Of a stretch of DNA of 64,000 bases, positions 62,319 to 64,000 are shown one piece after another. The stretch is from Pseudogymnoascus verrucosus (lineage: Eukaryota). The first letter of the stretch is position 1; every line of letters begins with the position of its first letter. The notes below the pieces were generated by a model. It saw only the letters and a list, made by a program, of their open reading frames with translations. It was not told the origin of the DNA and did no database searches. The stretch lies in NCBI GenBank assembly GCA_001662655.1, contig KV460222.1. One strand, 5' to 3'. Position numbers and translations under genes: made by a program.

Positions 62319-63620
62319 TCATGGAATAATCTTAGCCTTTCTAAACCTATCAAACGTCATCCACCAAGACCCCTCCTCATCCAGTTCCTCCTTCATGTCC
62401 CCCCAAGCTTCATGCGCCCTTCTCATATCTAGCTGTCGATCAAAATCAAACATGCTCATGATGAAATGTTGAAAGCCCCCAGAGGATCTCTCATTCCCCA
62501 CGCGGCCCGTTTGCAGTCCATACTTCATCTCCAGCTCTTTCCACCGCACCATATGCTGCTCGACGTATCGTCCTGGTTGTGGTCCCGAGCCTCCAGGTGG
62601 CGGCGCGGTGCCTTTGAGACCAAAGTACTCGCATATCACGGGCCACTTGTGGGACCACGACGAAGGTGTGGCACTGTCAGCGATGTTGAAGCGCCCCCCC
62701 GCACTAACTTCCGGGTGCAAGCTCGCGTGGACGGCAAACTTGGCGACACTGTCTTGATTGCATTCGTTGCTCAGAATGGCCCAGCTCTTCTCAGTGCCGG
62801 GGAAGGCGCACTCGGCGCCCTTGCCTTCGACGGCGACGTACAGGGCGAGATAGGTGGCCAGGGTCTGCGCGAGACAGTAGATGTTGTTGTTGGGTACGAA
62901 GCCGATGATGTTGTCGGGGATGACTTCGCACCAGTTCCAGGCTTTGCCCGCCGAGAGCTTCTTTAGCGTGTCGATCTGGGCATAGTAGAACATCTGCGAG
63001 ACGTAGGGCTCGGGAATTGGGGGGAGGTCTTCGTGGAGGGGTAGGGAGTCACCGAAGGGGAACTTGTCGAGAAGGTGGACGCCGTATGTCTTGGTGCCCG
63101 TGGCCATGACGACGAATTGGAGGTTCGGGGAGAGGTTCTGGACGGCGGTTATGGCGCGCGTGAGCAGTTGGATGTTGATTTCGACCTCTTTGGCTGGGTC
63201 TTGGTCCATGATGTATGCTGCAAGAGACGGTCAGCTTTTGTCGCAGAGGTTGGGAAAGGAAGCTCGCTTCGCACCGAAGAAGTACACGTGTGTCACCTTC
63301 TCAATCCCCTTAATTCCCCTCTTCATGTCTTGCTCCAACCCGTCCTGGCCCTTAGTGGTGAGCAGATCTAGTCCACTCACGACCTGCAGGATGTCGGAGT
63401 CGGGCCATTGAGCGACTTCGCGGCTCAGCGGCCTGTTGGTCAGCGCTGTGACGGACTGGAAAGGGCTTGTATCAGGATATCCGTTAATTATAGCATTTGT
63501 GATGGCCCATCCAGTAATTCCACTCGCACCTGGACGAGGAGAGTTAGTCACGTGGACAGAACTGGAGGCGAGCGAGTGACGGGTTCACGCACCAAAAACC
63601 AAGGCATGATTCTGTGCCAT
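62319..63620 (-). CDS. PRISE-like (progesterone 5-beta-reductase/iridoid synthase-like) Rossmann reductase
   Basis: MAQNHALVF|GASGITGWA, THVYFF, TGTKTYG, FYYAQ, PDNIIGFVP; 2 introns. Confidence 0.85.
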
Positions 63621-64000
63621 GACCCCAGTCAGTCGATTCAGTCTGCAGTTGTAGAATATAAAACGGAGCAAAGAATAACGCAAATACGGATGGATGGGAA
63701 CAAGAAACACCAATTAACTGTTTTTCGTCTCTCTCTAGGGAATTGAGGGGGAGATGTGGGCTTCTCTGGACATACTGTACTGTGCAGTAACCCATTGTAT
63801 AAATGTATGAATGTATAGATTAGTACATGCTCTCTAGCGTCTTCCAGAGCTCGCATTCCTGGTACCTGGGTGGATCGTGGGGGTAGGTCCTCCCCTGCCG
63901 CTAGCGCTAGTTGCATTTGGAGACGCTAGTATTTGCAGGGGGGAGGGGGCCGGGGGCGGCACGCACAGTCTGGATAACGTTTTCCGGGAGGAGGGACAAT

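Overview
Intron-rich genomic DNA from a filamentous ascomycete (GT..CTRAC..AG introns, dispersed 5S rRNA gene, RIP-like C>T/G>A decay, Zn2Cys6 and HET genes). There are four zones. (1) 0.5-12.5 kb is accessory: an NLR (SesB-like alpha/beta-hydrolase + NB-ARC + near-identical TPRs), a DUF7587-like gene cut by a transposon end, a small TIR element, an O-methyltransferase, and decayed genes. (2) 13-32 kb is mostly core or lineage-level genes: PH-like, BTB, COG1, 2EXR, HUS1 and a two-domain secreted protein. (3) 33.5-41 kb is a 5S rDNA hotspot: one intact 5S gene plus three same-orientation 5S 3'-end fragments, interleaved with a second SesB-NB-ARC NLR and a RIP-like-mutated HET pseudogene. (4) 41.5-63.6 kb is a ten-gene catabolic cluster with no PKS/NRPS in the window: SDR, CoA ligase, BVMO, Zn2Cys6 TF, ALDH, ADH, AtuA/DUF1446, HSL esterase, acyl-CoA dehydrogenase and PRISE-like reductase. 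Three observations stand out. NLR1 has an alternative terminal exon inside an intron that would give an effector-only hydrolase ending in an exact ESCRT-III-type MIM1 motif. An immune gene sits between an intact 5S gene and a duplicated 5S 3' half, like a tRNA-integrated bacterial island. The cluster matches the enzyme logic of bacterial cyclic-ketone (chn) degradation, with FarA and CreA sites in its promoters. Gene models were spliced by hand and family calls come from motif recognition, not database searches.
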